DNA from: Phoronis australis
Taxonomy: Eukaryota > Animalia > Phoronida
Length of the DNA stretch: 64,000 nt
Direction of reading: 5' to 3'
Assembly: GCA_002633005.1 (NCBI GenBank)
Contig: NMRA01000177.1
Location: 1-64,000, forward strand
Part shown: in pieces, positions 13,039 through 25,836 of the stretch
Layout of the letters: each line of letters begins with the position of its first letter
Numbering within the stretch: the stretch's first letter is position 1
Program-made: the position numbers and the translations under genes
Notes under the pieces: generated by a model
Databases searched by the model: none
The model's input: only the letters and a program-made list of their open reading frames with translations
Told to the model about the DNA's origin: nothing

Positions 13039-15846
13039 CTTTTTCCTATTACGACTTCGTCGCGACACCACGTTGCGCGACCGTTTAGCCTTTCTGTTTT
13101 CATGCTGAGCACTGGATGTGTCACTTGAAGGGCGCTTCTTAATTTTATGTTTTGGACTCGAACCCTGAAAAGAATCGTTGTACCCATCATCTCTCTCTAA
13201 GCGTGGAGTTTTTTTAATTGCTGATAATTTTCGTTCGTCTTTTCTTCGCTTACCCTTTCCAATCGTTTTCCCGCTTTTACCTCTTCCGGATTGGGCGGGT
13301 TTAAGTAGTTTCTGCACTTTCTCTGGTGAGGATATCATGGGGTCTTCAGTTTCCGAAATATTACTTCCCGTATCACTTTCAACAGTCTCTTGTTCAGCCG
13401 GCAAAACAGATTGAGGAGAACGCTTTCGAGTTTGAGGTAATCTTTCACGTGCCCGTTTATGTCTTTCTTTTCCCGTACCACGAGCAGCATATGGAATATA
13501 GGAATCTTTACTTCCGTGCTGCATCGTTACCTTAGATGATGGAGACTCGTTCGTCATTGTATGAGCTTTCCTCTCAATTTCATGTGTTTCAGGTGGTCGT
13601 TTTTGTGATTTCGATTTGTTGTTGCCAACTGTTTTCGGTGGTCGACGACCAACTTTCTTTTGTAATGTTCTTTGCTTGATTGGTGATTTTCGTAAGCTCT
13701 TGAACGGTCTGTTCTTTTCTGCACCCTTAGTCTTCTTTTTGCTTTTTATAGCCGCGGTAACGTGTTTGCCAGATGGCTTCTTCCTGTACTGGCCGTTCTT
13801 GAAGTGAGATTCACGAGTTTTCTTTTCAGCCACTTCGGTTGGAAGACATTCTCGGTCATTTTCGTCGATACCGCTGTCATCTGATCTTTCTTCAGACGTT
13901 TCTGTAACGTCTTCAATTTCTTTTCGTCTGTCTTCTTTACTCTCCTTCGGCAACCGTTGCAATGATTTCTTTGTTTTACCTTGTTTCCTACTTCTTTCAT
14001 CAGCTTTCCTGTTGTCTTCTACATCATCATAATTCCCGTTTTCTTCAGTGTTTTCACTGTCTAACGTTTCTCTTGAGGTTATAGGTGAGCGGATTCTTTT
14101 TGCCTCGGAAGGATGTCGTTCGTGAGTCGTTTTCTTTCTAAGTGGGTAATTTGTTTTTGGTTTTACCTTTGCAGTTTCTTTGTTTGATATTTCCTTAACA
14201 CGCGAAGATGAAGATTCGCCTTTCGATTCCAGTCCCAGACCTGTTCTAGAAGATGCAGATTTTTTGGCATTATTTTTCTTTCGAACGCTTGATGAGGGTT
14301 TCTCGTTTGACGACACTTTTGACTTATCTTTTAACTTTCCTTCAACATCTTTTGATCTTGATGCCTGTTCGCGTGGAAGAAGTTTCTTTCTTCCTCTTTT
14401 GACCTCTTCACCAGTGTCTTCGGATCTACATGTTTCACTTTCAGAAACAAGTGTTTCTGCTTGTGAACCGATTTCCTTTCCTTTAAATGATTTTTCTTTC
14501 CGATCCTTCTGTTTAGTATGAGGCAAGTCTGACTTAGGTCTCACTTTATCAGACTGAGTGTGTTTCTCTGACAAGTATACAGGTTTATCTTTTGGTTTTC
14601 GCCTTTGATCTGACCTAGAGAGTGGAATTATTTTAGAATTCCTGAAAGCCCCATCTTCAGAAGAAGGTTCACTGTATGGCAGCACTGTTGGCTCAACTTT
14701 TGATTTTCTTTCGGCGCCTTTTGATCTTGACACTTGTTTTCTTTGAGAACGTTTTTCCTTTACCATTCCAATGTCCTCATTTAAGCCCTCGGTCTCCCAT
14801 GTATTACTCTGAGAAGCAACAACTGTGGTTGCCGCTGAGCAACTCTTCTCTTCCTCTGATGACTGTTGTTTCCGTGACCTCTTTTTTGATTTGCTAGCAG
14901 AACGTTTTTTCCGCACTATTTCGACATCTTTATAACTGCCCTCGGTTTCTCGGATTTCGCTTTCTTGGATTTCCCTTTCAGAAGGAAATGTTGCAATCCG
15001 TTTTGTCTCTGGTGGCCCTTGTTTCCGAATTATTTGATTGGCCATTGCTGTTCCATGTGCTTTATTTTTCATATTTGTATTTCCTTTGTGTGGCTTCGCG
15101 TTTGCGTTTGGTTTCAATCTAAGAGTTGCTTCAGAAGATCTCATTTTCCCCAAGTTTCGTACTTTTGAGGTCAGTATCTTGCGCGATGGCATCTTTGATG
15201 TTGTTGTCGACTTTCTACGACTGTCTTTCCGTCGTGATAAAACTTGTTTTTGTTTCTGCTTACCTTCTGCAGAGTCTTTCTTCTTTATCATTTTGATTTC
15301 GCCCACGTCATCAATTACCGACCACTCACTTTCTGAAACTCTACTTTTTGTTTCTATTCCCTTCTTTTTCGACGGATCTCGCTTTTGAAGTTTTTGTCTT
15401 GTAGCTGCTACATTTAATTTATTCTCTTCTTTAGCTGTTTCTTCTCCTGAACTCTTTTGATAAAACATTTGCCTTCCTTTTGGTTTAACTTTTCTCGGTT
15501 TCATATGTTCTGATAGGGTTTCTTTTACGGGCGACTTTTCTTTGACAGCGAATGTTCCTGACTGTTGTATGTGTTGTGCTGAGGGGCCATCATGCTCGAC
15601 CCCACGTGGAAGAGAACTTGTTCCTCTCTTTTTCTCTTTCACTGAATCAACTTTTACGTCATCGTCATCACCACTTTCATCATCTTTGACAATTGTTCTT
15701 TTCCTTTTTCTCGATGTTGTGGGAGGCGGTGTCTTCTTTCCTGCCAACATTTCTCCTGGCCTTCTATATACTTTGGACGTCACCTGAGAATAAGCCAATG
15801 TAGATTTAACGCTTTTGTTTATCACGTTTTCCGTGTCTTCGAAACA
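13039..15846 (-). CDS. 2.8-kb exon encoding Lys/Arg/Ser/Glu-rich low-complexity protein (936 codons); unknown gene or CEP120 alternative 3' region
   Basis: 933-aa ORF in AT-rich DNA; acceptor ttttag| at 15846 (phase 0); weak donor AAG|GTCACG at 13039, or read-through to TAG at 13024. Confidence 0.85.
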
Positions 15847-15957
15847 CTAAAACCCATTCAGTCAAAACAAACTTGAAGTCCACAATTATCCAATGGGTTA
15901 GGGATGGTTTCTCTCTCTGCCTAACTTGAAATTATGCCTACTAATGACTCTTCGTAC

Positions 15958-16026
15958 CTGAATGATTCGCTTTTTTCGTCGACTGGGCTGGTGCGTTCCA
16001 AAGCCGCCCGTTTTTGTATATTTTTC
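15958..16026 (-). CDS. Predicted 69-nt exon (EKYTKTGGFGTHQPSRRKKRIIQ)
   Basis: caacag| and CAG|GTACGA; phase 0 to 0; basic composition. Confidence 0.55.
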
Positions 16027-16825
16027 CTGTTGTCTTGCTTTGACAAAACAAACTATTTACAAGTCAGTTACGTATTGTTCATTGAGAAATTTTTATTTAA
16101 TAAAAGCTATATTGAGTTATGTTAAGGTAGTGTGCCTGTTACCTTAGGATATCCCGTTTTACACAATGAGGGGTGTCAAACGTTTCGATAGCCTAGTTCC
16201 AGATTCCAGTGCACTGTCGACTTGGTGCAAGAGAAAAATGAAGTCAAGTTCCTGACTGTATTGACTTCCTTATTTGAAAATCACATTCCACATAACTACG
16301 AAGTGACACACCAGCGCAGTGTACGCGCACAATGAGATTATAAATGTGTTGCCGCAGCGGTGCTGACACCAACATGGAATTAATTGAAAGAACTATTGCG
16401 ATGAGGGGACTAGTCTGTGCGCATGTTGAGAGAATCAGCCTCCGTTGCTAAGTTACACCCAAGTACTTTTTTGACCAATCATGAACCAGAATAGATCGGA
16501 GCCGTCTGGTCTCTGCTATGGAGTTAGTCTAATGTTTTGATTCAAGTTTGCGTTCCTCACAAAAACAGAGTCGTGAAATAGGGCAAGTTAACACTTCTTG
16601 TTTTCTTAGGATGTGACATGGCCGGAATAGGCACACATAGGTCTCATTTGCGGTTCATTTTCAATTTCTTTACTGTGAAGCTAACCATTTCCATCCTTCG
16701 ATGTAGCGCTCAATATACTTTTTCACGTCGCATTGCTCCAAGAGATATTTTAAAGAAAATTTAATTATGTAGGTGCACTGAAACATCAACTCTTAACTGA
16801 GGCCTAATAACACGAGTGTACCTAC

Positions 16826-16865
16826 CTGTATTTCATTCTGTCTATCGTCAATTGAGCGCGAACTC
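16826..16865 (-). CDS. Predicted 40-nt exon (SSRSIDDRQNEIQ)
   Basis: ttttcacag| and CAG|GTAGGT; phase 2 to 0. Confidence 0.55.
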
Positions 16866-17206
16866 CTGTGAAAATAACAAATACATGCATCACAGGGGTT
16901 TACACTGGTGCATTGGATGCGTGACAGGATACTATGCAATTGCATTTTGCTTTCAAAGGTTGCATTTCGCCGCAGTTAGCTGTCAGTGTTGAATTCTTAA
17001 TCGAAGTGTTTGGCGATTTTCCACGCTCATCCGGTCTTAAAATTGTTGCCGAACGAGCCGACAGGTTGCGTCACAGACAATGCGTACATGCTTAATGTTC
17101 TAATTTGCAATTCTAAGGTTGGACAACTCCATTGAACTCGGAAATGTTTTCTCATCAATCGCTGATAGCTTTGAGTTCTTGTCGGTGTAGGAAACAGAAT
17201 CCCACC

Positions 17207-18147
17207 CAGTGTCGGATCTACGTTTTCAGCAAGGGGGGGGGGTTTAGGATTCCCGCCAAGGTCGAATCCTAGGCGCGTGGCGCCGAGCGGGGGAGGTCGG
17301 GAGGGGGGTTTCCCCTCCCGTGTAAGATATTTTTTGTTTTTGTAGCCAAATAGTGAAATTTCCATGCATCCTGGTAAGTTTCTGGCACTTAACATGTCTC
17401 TGGAGTTTTTCTTAAGATAATTAAAAACCCTTCTCGATTTCGTCACATGAACTTGGCACATAAGTTTCGTGAAACCATATTCAGTTGTGCACATCTGGGT
17501 ATGAGTCACGCCACAAGCAAAAATTTTTGTTGGAACATCTGCTTACACACACCTTTTTAGCATACGAAAAGTCGTATACGAAAAAGTGTGGTGTGTATAC
17601 AGGGGTTAAGACAATTTCCAAATATTCAAGAGCATAATTAAGGAGCACCGACGGGGCGTAAAAACTTGAATAACAGCATAACAGCAGCCTCAAGTTGTTT
17701 AAGAACGAAGACCTGTACTGTTAGTCCGGAAATAAACATGTGGTCTGTCTCGTTACGAGAAAAACTGGCGAACGATGGTGCTCTTAACTCATAGTCTATT
17801 ATCAAAAGCGACAATAAATAATTAGGTATCACTTTATTAAGCTGAATCCCGTTGACAACAATTGAAAAACGTCAAATCTATCAGGAANNNNNNNNNNNNN
17901 NNNNNNNNNNNNNNNNNNNNNNNNNNNNNNNNNNNNNNNNNNNNNNNNNNNNNNNNNNNNNNNNNNNNNNNNNNNNNNNNNNNNNNNNNNNNNNNNNNNN
18001 NNNNNNNNNNNNNNNNNNNNNNNNNNNNNNNNNNNNNNNNNNNNNNNNNNNNNNNNNNNNNNNNNNNNNNNNNNNNNNNNNNNNNNNNNNNNNNNNNNNN
18101 NNNGGGGGGGGGTTAAACCCCCTGAACCCCCCGTAGATCCGCCACTG
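17207..18147. mobile_element. Non-autonomous hAT-like element with 5-bp TSD, spanning the assembly gap
   Basis: TIRs CAGTGTCGGATCTACG / CGTAGATCCGCCACTG; CCACC on both flanks. Confidence 0.7.
17888..18103. other. Assembly gap (216 N)
   Basis: N run. Confidence 1.
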
Positions 18148-18588
18148 CCACCAAGACTATTACAAGACCAACTTTATGAGAGCAAAAGACCTAATTGGAT
18201 TTTTGTTTTTTACCTTGCTCTAAGTAACTTACAGTACAAGCCAACAATATTCAAACAAAATGACCCGGGATTTTTTTACTGCTATCAGAATTAGCTGTCA
18301 TGACAGGAAACTGAATGTTGTCTGATTACTTTTGTCTTGTACTGCACTACAAGTATAACGTCAGCATCATTGTTCAACAACATTGTATTGTAGTACATGA
18401 TATCGATACCGTTATTAGGCAGTGAACGTTCGCGTACAGGACTGTGACGAAAGAAGCATGATCACGCAAGTCTTTGCGAGATATCGCCATGAATTACAAT
18501 CAGAGCACGTGGCCACACAATATTTTCTCGAAAATGTCTAGCATCCACGGAACGCGCACCACGTTTTGCTGGATATTAAATGTCTTAC

Positions 18589-18740
18589 ATATCAATTTCA
18601 TCCTCAGTTATATATGTTTCTGTGTCTGGTCGGGCATCACTTGAGGACGGTCGGTACAGCCACTGTCCCTTCTTTCGTCTTTTCTCACTTTTCTTTTTTG
18701 TGCCATCACGTTGACTTTCTTCAGGAGGCGAAAGAGCATA
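18589..18740 (-). CDS. Predicted 152-nt exon (YALSPPEESQRDGTKKKSEKRRKKG...TEDEID)
   Basis: ccaacag| and |gtaaga; phase 0 to 2; open frame, K/R-rich. Confidence 0.6.
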
Positions 18741-19551
18741 CTGTTGGAATGAATTTGTGTATTTACACTTGGTCAGAAAACTTGAGCAAACGTATGGTTT
18801 GTGCAGGTGCGTGGACTGTCCACGACAAAAATGAAACGTTAGGTTTTATTTGTAATTTAATTTTCAAAACTTTACAGGGATTTTCCGCAGGTAAGCCCAC
18901 TTGATGAAACGCCCATGAGCGTTTATTCGGAAATTTCCTCTTAAAAGCCCACTCAGCGTCACCTTTTTGTCACAAATTCAATTTTGCGGAGCATTTATCA
19001 TTTATAAATAAGAACAAGGTGTTGGCGATCTATGCATTTATTAACATAAAATTAAAGAACACAGTTTTAAGTGAATAATATAAAAGTCAACAAAAATATG
19101 ACTTTCCGTTTACACGCCCTCTTTTCCGAATAAACGCACGGGCGTTAATTTGGTGTTTCAAAACACCTGAAAAATTTCATTTTCTGAATACACGCCCGTG
19201 GTCTTATCTACAGATAATCCCGGTAATAAGTTTTGAAGGGACTGAAACGTGGTCTGTGCGTCCTAGACAGAAGTGGCTGGCTACGTGCCTGGCCAACAAG
19301 TTTTAACTGGTTGGCCACGTACATAGTCTTAAAAGACATCTAATTGGCCCTTTGACCCCCCGAACCGGCGAAGTCAATCTGGCATGCGTGAACTTGGAAT
19401 CCTGCTTAATCTCAAAATCGCGTACGCCTGAGCTTGAATTTAAAATTTCGTTGAAGTAATCAGGTGAAAGTTTTTGTTCGTTGTTACTTTTGTTCTTAAT
19501 TATTGGTCCCACGTTCTCCCATTATCTGCTTCACTGAAACTTGTGTCATAT

Positions 19552-20434
19552 CAGAGGCGGATCTAGGATATCACAAGGGGGGCCAACATTTTGTCTGTAA
19601 ACATTTGCGCAAAGGAAAAATTGTAGATGCGCATAGCACCCAATGGGGGGAGATCGGGAGGGGGGGGTTGCCGTTTAATTTGAAGCTGTCAAGGAACACT
19701 TAGACACTTACCGTTGCACTGGAAACGATCTCTTCAATATCTGGCGTTGTCCTAGAAATGCGTCATATTGCGTTAGACAAAATAGTTGTTGGCAATGAAT
19801 CAAGGAACGTAAATGCTCTTTAAAACTGCGAGATGCATACTAAGATGATTGGAGATATTGTACAATGCTGCTACTGAAACTTCAAATTTACGACAAGAAT
19901 GCGTCTTTAGGAAAACAAAGACACCTTCGCATATAGAAATCAAACTGAAAGCTCTATGACAGGTCGTGGTCTACGACATCCTTTTCTTTGAAAACCAGGC
20001 GGTGACAAGCACCGATAAAAATATTCCTTCAGACATATTAATACTGAAACACATTTAAACACTGTTGGTCACATTATGCAAGCAAAATTGATCAACACAA
20101 GCTTTAAAAAATCACATAGGCGGATTTATGGGGGGCAGGGAGCCCGCCTCCTCCACCTCGTCTGCCGCAGAAAAAAATAAAACAGCAAGAGCGTGACGAA
20201 ATATCGAGTTTAATAACTAACGCGACTATTAACCTGGAGCTGAAACAACATTATGATGTGTTGAAGGTTTCCCCGTTTTTTTATTTTGTTTAGTCCTCCG
20301 AATTGATTCTTAGCAGGAGCTCCGCTTACCCGAAAGTTCGAGCACCCCCCTGGTTGCGCGCATGCAATCGTGCTTTGCGCAGTTGCCTCAGACAACAGAT
20401 TGGGCCCCCCTACGATATTCTAGATCCGTTACTG
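19552..20434. mobile_element. Related CAGTGGCGGATCTAG-type non-autonomous element with a nested MITE
   Basis: CAGAGGCGGATCTAGGATATC / GATATTCTAGATCCGTTACTG; the same left end occurs at about 198-235; no TSD recognisable. Confidence 0.6.
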
Positions 20435-21365
20435 AATCAAATGCAAAATGTGGATCTGGCTTTAACAAATAATTGGAAGATTTTAATGTTCATACAAGTG
20501 ATCATGAATTTATTTTTCCAAGCTTTTTCAACTGAACGAGTATGAGAAGGAAGAGGTCTTTAGTTCCGTAAGGCGATGATGTAGGATAACGAAACACAAC
20601 TTGCATTTAAGAACTCATGATGGATTACGTCTGGTTGTCTACATTGAAAAATCATCGTATGAAAAACGTCACTTCCTTCACACGCATGGCAAACACCAAG
20701 TACTGTATCAGCATCCAGAACGCAATTGCCACCCAGCCAATATCGCCTATTTTTGAACAGTTCATATCGTGTGGCCTTGGTGTTTTTCAAATATGAAATG
20801 GACCAACAAACGCCGTGAAAAATAGAATTTTTGGCACGGGCTTCAATAACTAAATCTTAAATATACTTGCCGAAGCAACTGATGATTTCCTTAGGAACGG
20901 AAATCGTTAGAGACAAATTTTGTATAGTTGAGTACTGAGTGTGAGCAAGAAGTAAATGTCCCTTTGAAGTTAAATAGTTATGATGAACGAACAAGATATA
21001 GTAATCAGATGAAAATACCGTCTCCCCGTCATGACGGCTCATTCTGGTCAATTAAAAATGACTGGTAATAGCTAACAGGGCGGCAAAAGTCTAATTACAG
21101 AATGGTTTGCCATTTTTTAACTTCTGTGCTAAAATAAAAAAGAAATTGCAGGCGGTCTGGTACACGTTATACCAGACATGCGCAGGTCTCTCAGGTGGGC
21201 TTTTTGCACACCTGAATCATTTTTACTTAACTGCTAATTTCCTTTCATTGTCTCTCATTAGGGAGGGGTACTATTACGATGAATGCGGCTTCCGCCAAAC
21301 CGTCATGACGGGTTATTCCGGGTCATTTTGTCTGAATTCTTTTGACTTGTACTGCATAACAATAG

Positions 21366-21791
21366 TTACAACTGTTCATCTGTTGGCCCATCAAGATGGA
21401 TCGAAGGTCTTTTCAATTTTCCTTTCTTTCTGCGTCTTCCTTCAGATGGAGAATCGGACGGAGTAGCACTTCTGTGCTTGGTGGTGGATACCGAAGAGTA
21501 TTTCGGGTATCTTGAAGATGGTCTCGTGGTTTTGTGCTGAGACAAGGACAAGCGAGCTCTAGGACTAGGTCTAACGCTGTCGAACGATGTTGCTGAAAGA
21601 CTGGTATTTTTGTTCTTTTTGGATCTTAAGCCACGCACACGCTTTTTGTAGGTGGGTCCAAAATATAATTTCGAGGACTTGGCTTTCGTTGTCAGACTTT
21701 TACGGCGAGCATTTCTGTCGTGCCGTGAGCTGTCTCGTGCCACGTTGGACGACAGATCCCTCGGAAAATCTGCTTTTCGACTTTGTTCCTT
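21366..21791 (-). CDS. Predicted K/R/S-rich exon (KEQSRKADFPRD...); 3' boundary uncertain (donor at 21492 or 21370, or stop at 21366)
   Basis: Open for 141 codons, no ATG in frame, acceptor tttgacag| (phase 0), composition like the 2.8-kb exon. Confidence 0.6.
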   Translation of the reverse strand, partial: KEQSRKADFPRDLSSNVARDSSRHDRNARRKSLTTKAKSSKLYFGPTYKKRVRGLRSKKNKNTSLSATSFDSVRPSPRARLSLSQHKTTRPSSRYPKYSSVSTTKHRSATPSDSPSEGRRRKKGKLKRPSIHLDGPTDEQL

Positions 21792-22867
21792 CTGTCAAAT
21801 GAAACAGTTACATGTCATGTATGCAAGAGATGGGCTCCGTGGTGTATAGCGTGAGAAATTGAACTGATGAAAATTAAAATATTTGATCTCATAGTTTGTT
21901 TGAACAAATACCATTCCACTACAGAAGACTCGAGCAAATGCGCCCATGCACGCTTGGATTTTTTCTTATGCATTGTGGCTTAGGATGCAATTCTTCGTTT
22001 TAGCATCAATTTTAACATGGCAAACGTGAAAGTGCGCGAATTCCAACAACCAGAACCGTTGTAGTTTGGACAACACGTCGTTTTCAAGCATAATGGCGAA
22101 TTTTTCATGACTAAAGTGCTATTTTGCAGGTTTTTTGTTGATTCTCCTAAGACTTCAATTTTGCTACGCTTTCCCAAACTACGAATTGAAAGTGCGAAAA
22201 AATACACCGACGTCAATGCATGGGCGGCGCACAACAGGGGGCTGGGGGGNGGGGGGGTTGTTGTTTGGCTAACTATATGGAATAAATGTATCATTTCATG
22301 CAAGCAGAGGGCGAGTCAAGTGAAGAAGTGCATGAGAAACGGATGTGATCAACTTTTTTGGAAAAAAACAAACAATAAAACATGCATTTTTGGTGAATGG
22401 ATGCAATTTCCATGGCAAGAACTCGCCTTATACAAACGTTTTGCGTATACTTGGAATATCGTATCCGGTAATTACAAAAAACTAAATCATTGTCGTCAGC
22501 TTGTTTTTCACCACTCTCGTTAGACGAATAGCCATAGACATCTTAATGTGATGTCTATGCAAATAGCACTATTCAGTTTAAAAGCGTTCAAGTTCCTTGT
22601 AAAAATCGGACACGCCCTCCATTGTTTGGAAACGATAAACTGATAAATACTGCTTATGTCGTCACGCTCTCGATTGGGAGAATTGGGACTCTGATCACAA
22701 TAATTTGTTACAGCCGTATTACAGCCACGTCAGGCATTACGGATACTGAAGAACAACCGAAGTATATACCAACTCAAACACAGAATGACATTTGTTTATC
22801 AAAACACCCAAACCCTAAAATTTGTACTTAAAGATAGGACAGAATAGAGCCCTGATGTAGCACATAC

Positions 22868-22895
22868 CACAGTCTTCCGGATTGGTCGTCTTTTT
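22868..22895 (-). CDS. Predicted 28-nt micro-exon (KRRPIRKTV)
   Basis: ttaattccag| and GTG|GTATGT; phase 2 to 0. Confidence 0.4.
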
Positions 22896-23659
22896 CTGGA
22901 ATTAAGATATCTACGTAAAATACTGGCACTTGCTGTAATTCACATTTGAGCTTTCCATTGAACTTGTGTGAACAGGCCCGTTCATGGTTTATTGTTCATT
23001 TCGAATATTTTCTGGAATTCTGAAATTTTACCGCATGCAAGGAAAATCTGCTAAATCAATTATTAAAAGCGAGAGAAGTTGCTTACGAGAAGACTATAAG
23101 TTAGTCAAGCCTGCAGCGCAGGTCCTTGATCACATGACTGATCATCCCATCGTTGTGGAACCAGAAGTAACACCTTGTATTAAATGGGAGGAAGTTGCAG
23201 TCCTTGAAGACCCTTATATTCGTGCTACGAACTCGAGTAAAAACTCAAAATTTCGAGTTCAAACTCGAACTTATTGCTTTAATATTGGGTTTACAAACTG
23301 TGAACTAAGGGCAATAAATTATCTACTCAAGTTATTGTGTACTCGAGCATAGAATAATAGACACTTATCTTGAGTTCGCCCAAAAGTAGAGTAGAAAATG
23401 CCAAATCTAATTTCGAGTTCCATTTCGAGTAAAAAGATTGGAGACGGGGCCCTGGACTCCTTAGAGACAGACTATGAGCCAAACACAAAGATGTTCTTCA
23501 AGAACAAAATTTATGAAAACAATAAAAATTTGATAAACATCTTTCCAGCAAATGCCTCAGTAACTTAAACCAAGTACTTTTATTAGAGGCAATTATCCCT
23601 TACATTATATTTTACTTCCAAACACTGGGACAAGTAAAGAACATGGATACCTAACTTCT

Positions 23660-23989
23660 GTGGTAAAAATTCTCCAGTTTGGGACAGTCTCCAAAACTTG
23701 GGATACCGAAGTTCAGGCTTAAATTGAGTTTTCTTTCTTCTAAAGACCAGAGACACGGGCGACTTTGGCTATTTCTCAAACTCTTGGACACAACATGTTG
23801 TATCAAAAATAGGCTGAGCTCTTCATAAAATGGCTGCCAATGCAACATTTCCATGTGTAACATCAAGATGAATGCTCATTTGTTGTTTATCACAATTCTT
23901 GAATTTGGAACAGCCAGTACTGCCCACTTCCTCAATCTTGAGGAAAAGATTTTTTTTTCATTGTCCTAAACTGGAGAATTTTTACTGTA
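23660..23989. mobile_element. Decayed MITE, possibly Tc1/mariner type
   Basis: Inverted repeats of about 24 bp: GTAAAAATTCTCCAGTTTGGGACA / TGTCCTAAACTGGAGAATTTTTAC. Confidence 0.55.
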
Positions 23990-24402
23990 CTTCAATTTAT
24001 ACAAGTATATACAGAGATTTACAAATAATTTACACAATCAGTTTCAACTTCACTTGATATTTACAGATACAATAAACAACCAGCTGTTTCACATGCGTAT
24101 AAATACTGTTTCCCACCAAGATAAATCTGCTGAAGGAGATGTATCGAGGTAAACTGTTACATCATTGTAATTTGTAAACTAAACATTTTATAAAGTAATA
24201 GTATCATCCGGAACACCTCGGGTACTTTTGTATCCTAGAATTTCCCCTCGGAGATAAACTTCATCTACGCATGTGCAAACTTCAGTCACACGGCCCATCA
24301 TTCTCCAGTTAGAAAGTCACATGTCTTGCTGTATGCCTGAAGTATACACATGTACAAATAGCGTTCCCCTCAAAGGTAAATCTGAGGCTTCAAAAATACG
24401 CG

Positions 24403-24697
24403 AGGATTTACCAATGGTATTAGTATACATACTCAGGATTTACCAATGGTATTAGTATACATACTCAGGATTTCCCAATGGTATTAGTATACATACTCAG
24501 GACTTACCAATGGTATTAGTATACATACTCAGGACTTACCAATGGTATTAGTATACATACTCAGGATTTACCAATGGTATTAGTATACATACTCAGGACT
24601 TACCAATGGTATTAGTATACATACTCAGGACTTACCAATGGTATTAGTATACATACTCAGGACTTACCAATGGTATTAGTATACATACTCAGGACTT
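24403..24697. repeat. 32-bp minisatellite, 9.2 copies
   Basis: Unit AGGA(T/C)TTACCAATGGTATTAGTATACATACTC, near-perfect. Confidence 0.97.
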
Positions 24698-25568
24698 CAT
24701 TTACAACTTATCTTACAGCCACCTTATAACACAGTGAAACGTTTCCAACTGACAATCGGGTCAAGAACAAAAGTAAGAAGCTACCAACCAATGTCGACCT
24801 TTCACAACCTTGTTGTAGTTGCATTATAAATAAGAGCAAGTGGGCCATGTAACTACAACCAGGATATTAAACCTTGACTTTAACGAATTTTACTGTCATC
24901 AATGAAGATAAATTTCAAGACATTTAATCTTGACTTCGTGCTAATACTATGCCCCCCTCAAAATATCACAAGAAAAAAATATTTCATTTATACTTTGGTC
25001 CCCTCAACAAGATTACAACCTCCTGTGCATATTTTGCCACTTCAGATTAACCAAAGACCAACGCTTCAGTCGCAATATTCGTTTGGCTAGAACCTCGTGT
25101 GCATGGTAGCCAAAGTCCAGACTTTTAAAGACTGTCTGCTACTTACAACGTCCTTGCGTGCGCATCAAGGTAAACAGCTCATAAGCAACATAGCCTCATT
25201 TGTGTACCTGTCAAAATCTGCAAAAACTCGATCACTACGTTGGCAATACTATGATCCTCTGTACATCAAGATCCAGTATGATCCTCTCATAACAGATGAT
25301 ATGGCATGCCACCATAAGCCCACAAGAGCCTCCACTTGGTCGCAGCTCCCAATATCACTACCAAGGTAAACAAAGCCCAATCATAATAGACGTTTTGGCT
25401 TGCAGTTTTAACTTTGTCACAGATCCTTGATGTGAACACCAAGGTAAAGAAAGCCCAGCAATAGTCATAGGGTTCCTGCGTTATGAGAACCAGCTTGATG
25501 CCACTTATTCAGTGGAGAAAACTGGTTCTCAAAATGCAGGAACCCTGTGGCTATTACCCAAAGCCCAA

Positions 25569-25836
25569 TCATAATGGTGGCTTCGCTATAGCCTCTCGTA
25601 TGTGTCTGTCCAGGTCCACTATGATCCTGTCCTCGTGTGAATACGCCCCTGTCCGTAACAAACAATCTCTCTCTTCAATCAACCGTGCAATATGCTCCTC
25701 CTTAGCTTGATACTCCGGCGAGACATACGCCGAGTCTCCATCCCCGGCCCTACCCCGGTCCCCAGGCACTGCTTGGTCAGACAAGGGATTACCAACCAGA
25801 GCCTGAGATTGCTTCTTTTCTTGTTCATCTTTCAGC
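25569..25836 (-). CDS. CEP120: CEP120 canonical last exon 21
   Basis: [43 protein letters not shown]-stop. Confidence 0.93.

Noticed and set aside
13178-15787. Plus-strand Phe/Leu/Ser-rich ORFs
   Set aside because: Antisense shadows of the K/R/E-rich exon.
17027-17509. 160-aa ORF as a gene or transposase
   Set aside because: Runs across the G/C-tract end of a non-autonomous element; no recognisable domain.
17852-18136. ORFs made mostly of X
   Set aside because: Artefacts of the N gap.
19303-19533. Additional exon of the basic-protein chain
   Set aside because: Available acceptors lead to in-frame stops and the donor phase does not fit the neighbours.
24403-24697. CRISPR array (32-bp repeats)
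   Set aside because: Units are directly adjacent with no unique spacers, there are no cas genes, and the context is eukaryotic.
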